Positions 1-11,145 of a DNA stretch of 64,000 nucleotides are shown piece after piece. Source of the stretch: an uncultured candidate division Zixibacteria bacterium (GTDB lineage: Bacteria; Zixibacteria; MSB-5A5; UBA10806; 4484-95); the NCBI GenBank assembly GCA_963668625.2, contig CAXXKA010000006.1:800001-864000 (forward strand). Direction: 5' to 3'. Both the position numbers and the translations under genes were made by a program. Positions within the stretch are counted from its first letter, which is position 1, and each line of letters starts with the position of its first letter. The notes beneath the pieces were generated by a model that saw only the letters and a list, made by a program, of their open reading frames with translations, was not told the DNA's origin and searched no databases.

Positions 1-1140
1 AATATAAGTTTTCGCAGATCGTTAAACAACGGCCTGACCTGGCAACCAGTACAATATTTGCTGTATCCCAGGGATCACCATTTTCAAAAGCACACTTTAA
101 GCGTATCTGGTAGCAATGTATTTATTGCTTATAGTTACCACGATGAGGATCTGATTTACAATTTTATGAAAAGCACAAATGGGGGCCAAACATGGAGCGA
201 ACCGGAAGAATTGTTAAGACTATACGATGCTGATTTTATGGATATGGTCTGCCGAGGAGATACGATTTTCCTTGTTTGGGCTGGTAGGTACAGCGGTGAT
301 GATCGCTGGGAATCATACTATATGAAAAGCAATGATGCTGGAGATACCTGGTCCGATGCTATTTTACTTTCGGAGCCCGATACTATCGGTTCTCATCATC
401 CATCTATTTCAATTAATGATACTGGCAATATAGTCGTTTGTTGGTGTGATGGCAAGTACTCTCCTAACCCCTGGAATGGTGATTTGTTTGTGAGGTACAG
501 CTACGATATGGGCGAGACCTGGACAGATGAAGAACAGATATATTTTAACCATTGGGCGGCTTTTCCCAGAGTTATCTGGCAGGGCGATTCTATCCATGTT
601 GTCTGGCAGGATGATGACATTTGGGGAAGCATCGATTATATGTTAAGCCCAGATAATGGCTTGACCTGGGAGGAAGAACAGAGAGTCGATAACGATCCAT
701 CAGATTCGAATTATCCTGATATTGCAGTGACAGACAGCAACGTACATGTAGTCTGGAATGATTTTAGGGATTATTACCCTTACCGCGGAGTTTATTATAG
801 TCGCTGGGAACCTGAGGTTTCTATACCGGAACAACTACCACAGAACTACAGTACCAATCTAACCTCATATCCAAATCCATTCAATTCGACAACAATGATA
901 TCCTATTCAAATATAGAAGGAGGTGAGATAGAAATCTATGATATCAGAGGTCGTTTAGTCAAAACACTCGTTTTGGGGGACAGTCACGAGGGCCCGCATG
1001 GCAGTAGCCAGCAGGGCCAGGGATCAATTACTTGGGACGGCACCGATTTGTCAGGCGAAAAAGTTAGCACCGGGATATATTTTGCAAAAGCTGGGACAAG
1101 CAACAATAACAAATCATTGAAGGTTGTTTATTTGAAATGA
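1..1140 (+). CDS. Secreted BNR/Asp-box (sialidase-like) beta-propeller protein with T9SS-type/FlgD-Ig C-terminal domain, array copy 1 (5' truncated by window edge)
   Basis: Repeated SxDxGxTW Asp-box motifs (STNGGQTW, SNDAGDTW, SYDMGETW, SPDNGLTW) and a C-terminal YPNPFN...IYDIRGRLVKTL...WDG...GIYF tail. Bases 1-~130 are near-identical to 4351-~4480 of copy 4. Confidence 0.85.
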   Translation, partial: NISFRRSLNNGLTWQPVQYLLYPRDHHFQKHTLSVSGSNVFIAYSYHDEDLIYNFMKSTNGGQTWSEPEELLRLYDADFMDMVCRGDTIFLVWAGRYSGDDRWESYYMKSNDAGDTWSDAILLSEPDTIGSHHPSISINDTGNIVVCWCDGKYSPNPWNGDLFVRYSYDMGETWTDEEQIYFNHWAAFPRVIWQGDSIHVVWQDDDIWGSIDYMLSPDNGLTWEEEQRVDNDPSDSNYPDIAVTDSNVHVVWNDFRDYYPYRGVYYSRWEPEVSIPEQLPQNYSTNLTSYPNPFNSTTMISYSNIEGGEIEIYDIRGRLVKTLVLGDSHEGPHGSSQQGQGSITWDGTDLSGEKVSTGIYFAKAGTSNNNKSLKVVYLK

Positions 1141-2579
1141 GACATATTTTTATAGTCATACTCATAGTATTTTTAGTACAGATTACCAACGCCGGTTGGA
1201 CCCCCGCGGAGCGGATATCGGATGAGAATACAGTATATCATCCGAGGATAGCAGCTAATGGGCAATATATACATGTTACGTATAGTAAATCGGCAGGTTC
1301 AGATTTAGCCTACTATATACGCAGTGAAGATAATGGATTGACATGGGGTGAACCATACATGTTGATAGATACTTCATTATATTCAAATGGACTATTTCCC
1401 ATGGTAAAAACTACTGGCAATACTGTTTATACGCTATGGAGAAATAGTCATCGTGAAATTAATCGAAGATCGATTGTTTTAAGAAAATCTTTAAATAATG
1501 GTTTAAGCTGGGGGCCTATATTAAGCGTAACTCCGCCTTTTCAAGAATATTTTTCAAAACACACATTTTGTGTATATGAAGGGACACTTTATGTTGCTTA
1601 TAGTTACCGTGATGAGGATCTTATTTATGAGTTCGTTAAAAGCACAAACGGCGGCCAAACCTGGAGCGAACCTGCGGAACTATTGAGACTATACGATGCA
1701 GATCAGATGGATATGGCTTGCCGCGGAGATACTATTATTCTTGTCTGGGCTGGCAATTACAGTGTTGACGATAGCTGGGAGTCATATTATATGAAAAGTA
1801 TCGATGCTGGAGATACCTGGTCTGATGCTATCTTACTTTCAGAACCAGATACTATAAATTCTAATCACCCCTCAATTTCAATAAACGAACAGGGTAATAT
1901 TATTGTTTGCTGGTATGATGGCAAGTATTCTCCCAATCCCTGGAATGGTGATTTGTTTGTGAGATACAGCTACGATATGGGCGAGACCTGGACTGAAGAA
2001 GAACAGATATCTTTTGACCATTGGGATAGAGTCCCTCGCATTGTCTGGCAAGGAGATTCTATTCATGTAGTCTGGCAGGATGATGAGGGTTGGGGAAACA
2101 TATATTATATGCTTAGCCCGGATAACGGCTTAACCTGGGAAAACCAGCAAAGATTGGATGATGATTCTTATTACTCAAGTTATCCTGATTTAGCCTTATA
2201 TGGCAACAGTGTTCATGTAGTATGGAGTAATTACATAGATACTGGACCAGGTAGCGGGGTCTATTATTCGCGTTGGGAGCCGGAGGTTTCAGCTCCAGAG
2301 ATAATTCCACGAAACTATTATACGAATTTAACGGCATATCCGAATCCGTTTAATTCAACAACGAAAATATCTTATTCAAAATTAAAAGGAGGTGATATAG
2401 AGATATATGATATTACTGGTAGTTTGGTCAAAAAGCTCGTTTTGGGAGGCTGTCAGGAGGGTAGCATTACATGGGACGGCACCGATTTGTCAGGCGAAAA
2501 AGTTTGCACCGGTGTGTATTTTGCAAAAGCCGGGACAAACAATAATTACAAATCACTTAAGGTTGTTTATTTGAAATGA
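1137..2579 (+). CDS. Secreted BNR beta-propeller + T9SS-type CTD, array copy 2
   Basis: Signal peptide MRHIFIVILIVFLVQITNA, Asp-boxes, YPNPFN tail; ATGA overlap with copy 1. Confidence 0.88.
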   Translation: MRHIFIVILIVFLVQITNAGWTPAERISDENTVYHPRIAANGQYIHVTYSKSAGSDLAYYIRSEDNGLTWGEPYMLIDTSLYSNGLFPMVKTTGNTVYTLWRNSHREINRRSIVLRKSLNNGLSWGPILSVTPPFQEYFSKHTFCVYEGTLYVAYSYRDEDLIYEFVKSTNGGQTWSEPAELLRLYDADQMDMACRGDTIILVWAGNYSVDDSWESYYMKSIDAGDTWSDAILLSEPDTINSNHPSISINEQGNIIVCWYDGKYSPNPWNGDLFVRYSYDMGETWTEEEQISFDHWDRVPRIVWQGDSIHVVWQDDEGWGNIYYMLSPDNGLTWENQQRLDDDSYYSSYPDLALYGNSVHVVWSNYIDTGPGSGVYYSRWEPEVSAPEIIPRNYYTNLTAYPNPFNSTTKISYSKLKGGDIEIYDITGSLVKKLVLGGCQEGSITWDGTDLSGEKVCTGVYFAKAGTNNNYKSLKVVYLK

Positions 2580-4018
2580 GACATACTTTTATAGTCATAT
2601 TTATAATATTTATAGCACAGATTACCAACGCCGGTTGGACCCCTGCCGATCGAATCTCGGATGAGAATACTGTTTATCACCCGAGGATAGCCGCTAGTGG
2701 GCAATATTTACATGTTGTTTATAGTAAATCGGCAGGTTCAGATCTAACATATTATATACGCAGTGAAGATAGTGGATTGACTTGGGGTGAACCATACATG
2801 TTGATAGATACTTCTTTTTATTCAAACGGATTATTCCCTATGGTAAGAGTTACTGGCAATACTGTTTATACGCTATGGAGAAATAGTCATCGTGAAATTA
2901 ATCGAAGGTCTATTGTATTAAGAAAATCTTTAAATAATGGTTTAAGCTGGGGGCCTATATTAAGCGTAACTCCGCCTTTTCAAGAATATTTTTCAAAACA
3001 CACATTTTGTGTATATGAGGGGGCACTTTATGTTGCTTATAGTTACCGTGATGAGGATCTTATTTATGAGTTCGTTAAAAGCACAAACGGCGGCCAAACC
3101 TGGACTGAACCTGAGGAACTGCTAAGACTATACGATGCTGATCAGATGGATATGGCTTGTCGTGGAGATACGATCTTTCTGGTTTGGGCTGGCAGGTACA
3201 GCATTGATGATCGCTGGGAATCATACTATATGAAAAGCAACGATGCCGGAAATACCTGGTCTGACGCGATTTTACTTTCGGAGCCTGATACTATCGGTTC
3301 TCACCATCCATCTATTTCGATCAACGAAGTCGGTAATATAGTTGCTTGCTGGTGTGATGGTAAGTTCTCTCCTAATCCCTGGAATGGTGATTTGTTTGTG
3401 AGGTACAGCTACGATATGGGGGAGACCTGGACAGATGAAGAACAGATATATTTTAACCATTGGGCAGCTTTTCCTAGAGTTATCTGGCAGGGCGATTCTA
3501 TCCATGTTGTCTGGCAGGATGATGACATTTGGGGAAGCATCGATTATATGTTAAGCCCAGACAATGGTTTGACCTGGGAAAATCAACAGCGATTGGATAA
3601 TGATACTTATTTCTCGACCTATCCTGATCTAGCATTAAGCGATAGCTCTGTCCATGCAGTCTGGAGCAATTACGTAGACACCGAACCGGGCAGCGGGATA
3701 TATTATAGTCGCTGGGAACCTGAGGTTTCTATACCGGAACAACTACCACAGAACTACAGTGCTAATCTAACTTCATACCCCAATCCCTTCAATTCAACAA
3801 CGGTAATAAACTATCAAAACATCAAAGGAGGTGATATAGAAATCTATAACATCACAGGACGTTTGGTCAAAAAACTTGTTTTGGGAGGCTGTCAGGAGGG
3901 AACAGTTATTTGGGACGGCACCGATTTGTCAGGCGAAAAAGTTAGCACCGGTGTGTATTTTGCAAAAGCCGGGACAAACAATAATTACAAATCACTTAAG
4001 GTTGTTTATTTGAAATGA
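2576..4018 (+). CDS. Secreted BNR beta-propeller + T9SS-type CTD, array copy 3
   Basis: Same architecture; ATGA overlap with copy 2. Confidence 0.88.
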   Translation: MRHTFIVIFIIFIAQITNAGWTPADRISDENTVYHPRIAASGQYLHVVYSKSAGSDLTYYIRSEDSGLTWGEPYMLIDTSFYSNGLFPMVRVTGNTVYTLWRNSHREINRRSIVLRKSLNNGLSWGPILSVTPPFQEYFSKHTFCVYEGALYVAYSYRDEDLIYEFVKSTNGGQTWTEPEELLRLYDADQMDMACRGDTIFLVWAGRYSIDDRWESYYMKSNDAGNTWSDAILLSEPDTIGSHHPSISINEVGNIVACWCDGKFSPNPWNGDLFVRYSYDMGETWTDEEQIYFNHWAAFPRVIWQGDSIHVVWQDDDIWGSIDYMLSPDNGLTWENQQRLDNDTYFSTYPDLALSDSSVHAVWSNYVDTEPGSGIYYSRWEPEVSIPEQLPQNYSANLTSYPNPFNSTTVINYQNIKGGDIEIYNITGRLVKKLVLGGCQEGTVIWDGTDLSGEKVSTGVYFAKAGTNNNYKSLKVVYLK

Positions 4019-5460
4019 GATACGTTTTTGCGGTCATACTCGTTATATTTTCTATACAGGTTAGCCAAGCTGGTTGGACAACCGCCGAGAGAATATCGGA
4101 TGAGAATACGGCTTTTCATCCACGCTTTGCAGTGAATGGGCAGTATATACATATTATTTATTATACTTTTACCGGGGGAAATGGCTTAGTGCACTATTTA
4201 AGAAGCACAGATAATGGATGTTATTGGGATGAACCCTATTTATTAGTAGATACATCAGAAGCTTCAGGAACGATACTTCCGGTTATCAGGACTAACGGTG
4301 ATTCGGTTTTTGCACTTTGGAGTAATTATTATCATTCTGGAAGCCGTCGGAATATAAGTTTTCGCAGATCGTTAAACAACGGCCTGACCTGGCAACCAGT
4401 ACAATATTTGCTGTATCCCAGGGATTACCATTTTCAAAAGCACACTTTAAGCGTATCTGGTAGCAATGTATTTATTGCATATAGCGACTACGATGAGGAT
4501 CTGATTTACAATTTTATGAAAAGCACAAACGGCGGCCAGACCTGGACTGAACCTGAAGAACTACTAAGACTATATGACGCTGATTTTATGGACATGGCTT
4601 GCCGCGGAGATACTATTATTCTTGTTTGGGCTGGCAATTACAGTGTTGACGATAGCTGGGAGTCATATTATATGAAAAGTAACAATGCCGGAGATACCTG
4701 GTCTGATGCTGTTTTACTTTCAGAGCCTGATACTATTAATTCTAATCACCCCTCAATTTCAATAAATGAACAGGGCAATATTGTTGTTTGCTGGTATGAT
4801 GGAAAGTATTCCCCTCACCCCTGGAACGGAGACTTATTTGTAAGATATAGTTATGATATGGGTGAGAGTTGGACTCAGGAAGAGCAGATTTATTTTAACC
4901 ATTGGGCGGCTTTTCCCCGAGCTATCTGGCAAGGCGATTCAATTCATGTTGTCTGGCAGGATGATGACATTTGGGGAAGCATCGATTATATGTTAAGCCC
5001 TGATAATGGCTTGACCTGGGAGTACCTACAACGATTGGATAACGATACTTATTTCTCGACCTATCCTGATCTAGCGATAAATGATAGCTCTACGCATGTA
5101 GTATGGGGTAATAACATAGATACTGGACCTGGTAGCGGGATTTATTATAGCCGCTGGGAGCCAGAGGTTTCAGTTCCGGAGCTAATACCGCGTGATTACA
5201 ATACAAATTTAATGTCATATCCTAATCCATTCAATTCGACTACTAAATTACTTTTTAATGATGTGAAAGGGGGTGATATCGAGATATATAATATTACTGG
5301 GAAGTTAGTCACATGTCTCGTTTTGGGGGACTGTCAGGAGAGAGAAATTACATGGGACGGCACCGATTTGTCAGGCAAAAAAGTTAGCACTGGTGTGTAT
5401 TTTGCAAAAGCTGGTACACAACAGGGTTCGACATCAATCAAGTTAGTATTTTTAAAGTAA
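4015..5460 (+). CDS. Secreted BNR beta-propeller + T9SS-type CTD, array copy 4
   Basis: Same architecture; ATGA overlap with copy 3. Confidence 0.88.
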   Translation: MRYVFAVILVIFSIQVSQAGWTTAERISDENTAFHPRFAVNGQYIHIIYYTFTGGNGLVHYLRSTDNGCYWDEPYLLVDTSEASGTILPVIRTNGDSVFALWSNYYHSGSRRNISFRRSLNNGLTWQPVQYLLYPRDYHFQKHTLSVSGSNVFIAYSDYDEDLIYNFMKSTNGGQTWTEPEELLRLYDADFMDMACRGDTIILVWAGNYSVDDSWESYYMKSNNAGDTWSDAVLLSEPDTINSNHPSISINEQGNIVVCWYDGKYSPHPWNGDLFVRYSYDMGESWTQEEQIYFNHWAAFPRAIWQGDSIHVVWQDDDIWGSIDYMLSPDNGLTWEYLQRLDNDTYFSTYPDLAINDSSTHVVWGNNIDTGPGSGIYYSRWEPEVSVPELIPRDYNTNLMSYPNPFNSTTKLLFNDVKGGDIEIYNITGKLVTCLVLGDCQEREITWDGTDLSGKKVSTGVYFAKAGTQQGSTSIKLVFLK

Positions 5461-5550
5461 TTGAGTAACAATCTAACTTGACATTTGCGGTAAAGTGGGT
5501 ATATTTTATGTGTAGTAATAAATGTAAATCAGCTTAGGGGAATAACTGCC
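5461..5550 (+). promoter_or_regulatory. 90-bp repeated intergenic module with sigma70-like promoter and RBS (copy 1 of 4)
   Basis: TTGACA (5478-5483)-16 bp-TATATT (5500-5505), then AGGGGA before ATG. Near-identical copies lie at 8337-8426, 12592-12681 and 14131-14220. Confidence 0.7.
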
Positions 5551-5578
5551 ATGAGAAGAATATTATTATGTTTGCTGT

Positions 5579-6906
5579 CACTACTGTCCCAACGTTAGTT
5601 GAATAGTTTCAATTGGTTAGGGATTTCGGTTATAATTTCTTCCGTATCAATATCGCTAAGTGCTTGTTCTATAGGGATTTTCTCAAACAGGGTAACGCTT
5701 AAAATCTGTAGAATTTGATATAAGCTCGCTCTAAGATTTAAACGTTTCTTCACTATCGCTACCAGCACATAGATGCTGATTGCTATCCATATCTGAGTCT
5801 TGACTGCATTGTCTGATAGCCCGAAAAACTTCTTTATCCTGAGATGGCTTTTAATCCATTTGAAGAACAGTTCCACCTGCCAACGACAGCGATATAGTTC
5901 AGCAATTGTTATTGCCGGTAAATCAAAGTTATTGGTCAGAAAGATAAAGCGTTTGTTCAATATCTGATCAATATAACTTATGCGTCTGAGCTTCTCAGGA
6001 TAATCTAATCCGGCATAATAACCTTTAAGCATAACCGTCTGGTCACTTCTTATTCCGGCTTTTACATTCTTGGGATGAGAGTAAAGGCGTCTGTAGTTGA
6101 AGTTCTTCTTGGCACGAGTTACAAAAAATGCCAGAGATTTGTGAATGCCGTATAGACGAGCATAATCTATATAAGCCTTGTCCAGAATATAAATCGCGCC
6201 GGCTTCCACCATCAGATTATCCAGGATATTTACATCATGAACCTTTCCGGGAGTAACAATTACCATGCTGGGTATATTGCCGCGCAAATCCAGAAGAGTG
6301 TGCATCTTTATAGCTCCCTTCCTTCGCCTGAATTCAGCCCAGGGGAAAAGAGACAAACACAAATCGATGGTAGTCGAATCGAGAGCATAAACAGTCTGCT
6401 CCAATTCCACTCCGAAAGGCTCGTTAACATACAACCCTCTGGCCGTGCTGATAAGTGTCCTGGTAAAATCCTCATAAATGCGATAATCCCTCACCTCATT
6501 GGCATGAGCTAGAGTATTGTGTGATACTTTGCCTCTGATACCCATATGATAAAGCTTAACATGAGCCGCCCTCAGGCAAGCCTCGATATCCCGCAGACTC
6601 TCTCGGTAAGTAAGCTGAGCAAAAGCCATGCAAAGATATTGGTCCCAGCAGGAAAAGCTTTTGATCTTGTAATTGCCCCGGTAACGTCCCACACATTTGA
6701 GAAATTCGTATCTCGGGACAAAGTCCATAAGCTGCGATAAAAGAATCTTGCCTGAATGCATCAGCCATCTCCTTCCGAGTTCCCCCCTCGGAAGTATGGC
6801 TAAATCGGCTTTCCAAGTTCAAATCGAAAAATTCTATTTTTTGCTAAAATCCCTTGCCAGTTATCTGCTTACAGCAACTCAAAAACAAAACGTTGGGACA
6901 GTAATG
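5579..6906 (-). mobile_element. IS4-family insertion sequence
   Basis: 16-bp terminal IRs CACTACTGTCCCAACG / CGTTGGGACAGTAATG (1 mismatch); 9-bp TSD GTTTGCTGT at 5570-5578 and 6907-6915. Confidence 0.93.
5595..6761 (-). CDS. IS4-family DDE transposase (DUF4372 N-terminus)
   Basis: Motifs ALDSTTIDL, ILDKAY and Y-R-x-R-W-Q-V-E-L-F-F-K (YREK signature). Confidence 0.92.
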   Translation of the reverse strand: MHSGKILLSQLMDFVPRYEFLKCVGRYRGNYKIKSFSCWDQYLCMAFAQLTYRESLRDIEACLRAAHVKLYHMGIRGKVSHNTLAHANEVRDYRIYEDFTRTLISTARGLYVNEPFGVELEQTVYALDSTTIDLCLSLFPWAEFRRRKGAIKMHTLLDLRGNIPSMVIVTPGKVHDVNILDNLMVEAGAIYILDKAYIDYARLYGIHKSLAFFVTRAKKNFNYRRLYSHPKNVKAGIRSDQTVMLKGYYAGLDYPEKLRRISYIDQILNKRFIFLTNNFDLPAITIAELYRCRWQVELFFKWIKSHLRIKKFFGLSDNAVKTQIWIAISIYVLVAIVKKRLNLRASLYQILQILSVTLFEKIPIEQALSDIDTEEIITEIPNQLKLFN

Positions 6907-8336
6907 GTTTGCTGTTTATTTTTATTGCCGTACCATGCCAGGCAGGTTGGACCCCCGCCGAGCGAATATCGGATGAGAATACGGTATATAATCCTCGTAT
7001 TGCCGCTAATGGGCAATCTATTCATGTTGCCTATTCAAGTTGGATAGGTGCTAATATTCCATATTACGTGAAGAGTGATGATAATGGCTTGACCTGGAGC
7101 GAACCTTACCTAATGATTGATACTTCAATTAATATGAATGGCGTATTTCCATTAATTAAAACATCCGGTGATTCGGTTTTCTCGATATGGAAACATAATA
7201 TACGAAACTCCAGCCATAAAACTATAGCATTCAGAAGGTCTCTAGATAACGGTGATCACTGGCAACCGATTGTGGATGTAATCCAACCTCGGGATTATAT
7301 TTTACAAAAACATGCTATGAGTATATCCGGCAGAAATGTTTTTATCGCTTTTAGTTACAATGATGATAATTATGATTTAGTAAATAAGTTTATTAAAAGC
7401 GCAAACGGCGGCCAAACATGGAGCGAACCTGAAGAATTGTTAAGACTATACGATGCTGATCAGATGGATATGGCTTGCCGCGGAGATACGATTTTTCTTG
7501 TTTGGGCTGGTAGATATGGTGACGATGACACTTGGGAATCGTATTATATGAAGAGCAATAATGCCGGAGATTCATGGTCCGATGCTATTTTACTTTCGGA
7601 GCCTGATACTATCGGTTCTCATCATCCATCTATTTCAATTAATGATACTGGTGAAATTGTCGTTTGTTGGTGTGATGGTAAGTTCTCTCCTAATCCCTGG
7701 AACGGAGACTTATTTGTAAGATACAGTTACGATATGGGTGAGACCTGGACAGATGAAGAACAGATTTATTTTAACCATTGGGCAGCTTTTCCCCGAGTTG
7801 TCTGGCAGGGTGATTCTATCCATGTTGTCTGGCAGGATGATGACATTTGGGGGAGTATCGATTATATGTTGAGCCCGGATAACGGTTTAACCTGGGAGGA
7901 CCAACAACGATTGGATAATGATACTTATTTCTCGACCTATCCTGATCTAGCGATAAATGATAGCTCTACGCATGTAGTATGGGGTAATAACATAGATACT
8001 GGACCTGGTAGCGGGATTTATTATAGCCGCTGGGAGCCAGAGGTTTCAGTTCCGGAGCTAATACCGCTGGACTACAATACGACTTTAGTATCATATCCCA
8101 ATCCATTTAATTCTACAACACGGATATCTTACTCAAACATAGAAGGAGGTGATATAGAAATCTATGATATCAGAGGTCGTTTAGTCAATACACTCGTTTT
8201 GGGGGACTGTCAGGAGGGATCAGTTATTTGGGACGGCACCGATGTGTCTGGTAATACAATTTGTTCTGGAATTTATTTTGCAAAAACCAGGACATCACAA
8301 GGTTATACATCTATGAAGTTAGTATTTTTAAAGTAA

Positions 8337-8426
8337 TTGAGTAACAATCTAACTTGACATTTGCAGTAAAGTGGGTATATTTTATGTGTAGTAATATATG
8401 TAAATCAGCTTAGGGGAATAACTGCC
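8337..8426 (+). promoter_or_regulatory. Repeated intergenic promoter/RBS module (copy 2 of 4)
   Basis: Near-identical to 5461-5550. Confidence 0.7.
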
Positions 8427-9735
8427 ATGAGAAGAATATTATTAAACGTACTGTTTATTCTTATTGCTGTACCATGCCAAGCCGGTTGGACACCCGCAGA
8501 GAGAATATCGGATGAGAATACTGTTTATCATCCTCGTATTGCCGCTAATGGGCAAAATGTACATGTAATATACACTGAATCGATTGGCACAAACTTGAAT
8601 TATTATATACGGAGCACGGATGGCGGATTATCATGGGATGAACCTTTATTGCTAATGGATACTTTATTGTACTTTAACGGCACATTCCCACTTGTTAGAA
8701 TTTCGGGAGAAAATATTTACACATTATGGCGAAATAGTCACCGAGAGCTTAATCGAAGGTCCATTGTTTTAAGGAAATCCTCAGATAATGGGTTAAGTTG
8801 GGGGCCAACACTAAACGTAACTCCACCGTTCCAAGAATATTTTCAAAAACATACGTTTTGTGTGGTCGGTAGTATCCTTTATGTAGTTTATAGTTATCAA
8901 GGTGATCACTTGATTTATGAATTCGTTAAAAGTACAAACGGCGGGCAAACCTGGAGCGAACCGGAAGAATTGTTAAGACTATATGATGCTGATTTTATGG
9001 ATATGGCTTGCCGAGGAGATACGATTTTCTTGGTCTGGGCAGGTAGATACAGCAGTGATGACCGCTGGGAATCTTATTACATGAAAAGTGATGATGCCGG
9101 AGATACATGGTCTGAGGCGATTTTACTTTCAGAGCCTGATACTATTGGTTCGCATCACCCATCTATTTCGATCAACGAAGTCGGTAATATAGTTGTTTGC
9201 TGGTACGATGGGAAATACTCTCCTAATCCCTGGAATGGTGATTTGTTTGTGAGGTACAGTTACGATATGGGCGAGACCTGGACGGAGGAAGAACAGATAT
9301 ACTTTAACCATTGGGCCAGAGTTCCACGCATTGTTTGGCGAGGCGATTCAATTCATGTCGTCTGGCAGGACGATGAGGATTGGGGTAGTATTTATTATAT
9401 GCTAAGCCCAGATAACGGCCTAACCTGGGAGGATGAACAGAGAGTCGATAACGATCCATCAAATTCAAATTATCCTGATATCGCAGTAACTGACACTAAC
9501 GTACAAGTAGTCTGGAATGATTTCCGAGAATATGAACCAGGGCATGGCGTTTATTATTCACGCTGGGATTCAGAGGTTTCTGTAAATGAGATTACACCAT
9601 CTAATTATGATATCGACCTAGGCTCCTACCCTAATCCATTCAATTCATCGACAAAAATATCATATTCAAATATAGAAGGAGGTGATATAGAAATCTATGA
9701 CTTAGCTTCCCCCCATTGTTTGGACAGTAATTTAG

Positions 9736-10614
9736 CTAAAATAAGGTGGAATTTCTAAGTATTAGTCCATTATTTTTCTGTTTAATCGATTCCTTTTTTG
9801 AATTTAAATTATAAACCTCATAAGGCGTCTTGCCGTTTAAGGCCTGATGGAAACGTTCGGTGTTGTAGAATTCGAAATACCTCTTCAAACCGAGGTAAGC
9901 CTCCGCCGGCGTCTGGTAATCGTGAAGATAAACCTCCTCGTACTTGACCGATCTCCACAGACGCTCGACAAAAATATTGTCAAGATACCGACCGCGACCG
10001 TCCATGCTGATAGCGATCCGCTTGTCTTGCAGTACACCGGTGAAATCCTTGTCGGTAAACTGTGTTCCCTGATCGCTGTTGAATATCTCCGGCTGTTTGC
10101 CATCCAACGATTCCTCCAATGCCTCCACGCAGAAAGAGCTCTCAAGAGTATTGGACAAACGCCAGGCAAGAACGTAACGCGAGAACCAATCAATCACTGC
10201 CGCCAGATAGAGAAAGCCCCGGCTAAGACGAATATACGTGATATCGGCGCTCCAGACCTGGTCAACATGATCAATCAGGACATCGCGTAAAAGATACGGA
10301 TATATCTTGTTAGACGGACAAGGCTTGCTCGTATTTGGTTTAGGGTAAACAGCTTGAAGACCCATAATCCTCATCAGACGTTCAACCCGCTTGTGATTTA
10401 TATCATATCCCTGAGACTTTAGACAGAGTGTCATCTTAGGACTGCCGTAAAACGGGGTCCTGGTATATTGATCGTCAAGCAGACGCATAAGTGTCAGGTT
10501 CAAATCGCTTTCCCCAGTAGGCCGGTAGTAGTAGCTTGAACGGGGAAGCCCCAAAAGCTGGCACTGACGGCTAATTGAAATGTCCGGGTTTGATCGTTCC
10601 ACCAGATTCCTCAA
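9736..10614 (-). CDS. IS3 transposase OrfB (rve integrase core)
   Basis: DDE motifs WSADITY, NSDQGTQF, DNIFVERLWRSVKYE. Confidence 0.92.
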   Translation of the reverse strand: MRNLVERSNPDISISRQCQLLGLPRSSYYYRPTGESDLNLTLMRLLDDQYTRTPFYGSPKMTLCLKSQGYDINHKRVERLMRIMGLQAVYPKPNTSKPCPSNKIYPYLLRDVLIDHVDQVWSADITYIRLSRGFLYLAAVIDWFSRYVLAWRLSNTLESSFCVEALEESLDGKQPEIFNSDQGTQFTDKDFTGVLQDKRIAISMDGRGRYLDNIFVERLWRSVKYEEVYLHDYQTPAEAYLGLKRYFEFYNTERFHQALNGKTPYEVYNLNSKKESIKQKNNGLILRNSTLF

Positions 10615-10618
10615 ATCC

Positions 10619-10906
10619 TCAGGCGAGACGCCCGCTCCTTTTTTTTAGAAATGCCAACTCCACCTGAAGCTTACCAATCTCCTGATAGAGAGCATCCATC
10701 CTGGCTTGCTCATCCTCCCGCAACTTGGCCTTGCCGTTAGAAAAGGCTTCCGGGAGAGACTGTAAAGCCTGCTTCTTCCACATACCAACCTGATTAGGGT
10801 GTACTTCGTATTCCGAGGCTATCTGATTAACGGTCTTCTGACCGCGAATGGCCTCTATGGCTACTTTTGCTTTAAGCTCCCCGCTGTATCGACTTCGCTT
10901 CATCAA
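10619..10906 (-). CDS. IS3 transposase OrfA (HTH)
   Basis: RYSGELKAKVA...IASEYEVHPNQVGMWKKQ; A8G slippery run near the 3' end (minus strand, ~10638-10647) for -1 frameshift into OrfB. Confidence 0.88.
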   Translation of the reverse strand: MMKRSRYSGELKAKVAIEAIRGQKTVNQIASEYEVHPNQVGMWKKQALQSLPEAFSNGKAKLREDEQARMDALYQEIGKLQVELAFLKKRSGRLA

Positions 10907-11145
10907 TTACCCTTTCTGGACATTTCTACTAATTTAATACCACCTTAAACAATTGTCCAGTTTTTGGGGGAAACCTCAGACATAGCCGGTCGTTTGGTCA
11001 AAAAACTCGTTTTGGGAGGCTGTCAGGAGGGTAGCATTACTTGGGACGGCACCGATTTGTCAGGCGAAAAAGTTAGCACCGGGATATATTTTGCAAAAGC
11101 TGGGACAAACAATAATAACAAATCATTGAAGGTTGTTTATTTGAA

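Larger units (their letters stand above)
5551..8336 (+). pseudogene. Array copy 5, interrupted in its signal peptide by an IS4 element
   Basis: ATGAGAAGAATATTATTATGTTTGCTGT|IS|GTTTGCTGTTTATTTTTATTGCC. Removing the IS and one TSD restores the start seen in copy 8 (12682). Confidence 0.9.
9702..10978 (-). mobile_element. IS3-family insertion sequence
   Basis: Imperfect IRs TTAGCTTCCCCCCATTGTTTGGACA vs (reverse complement) TGAGGTTTCCCCCAAAAACTGGACA; 3-bp TSD GAC at 9699-9701 and 10979-10981; orfA/orfB layout. Confidence 0.9.
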
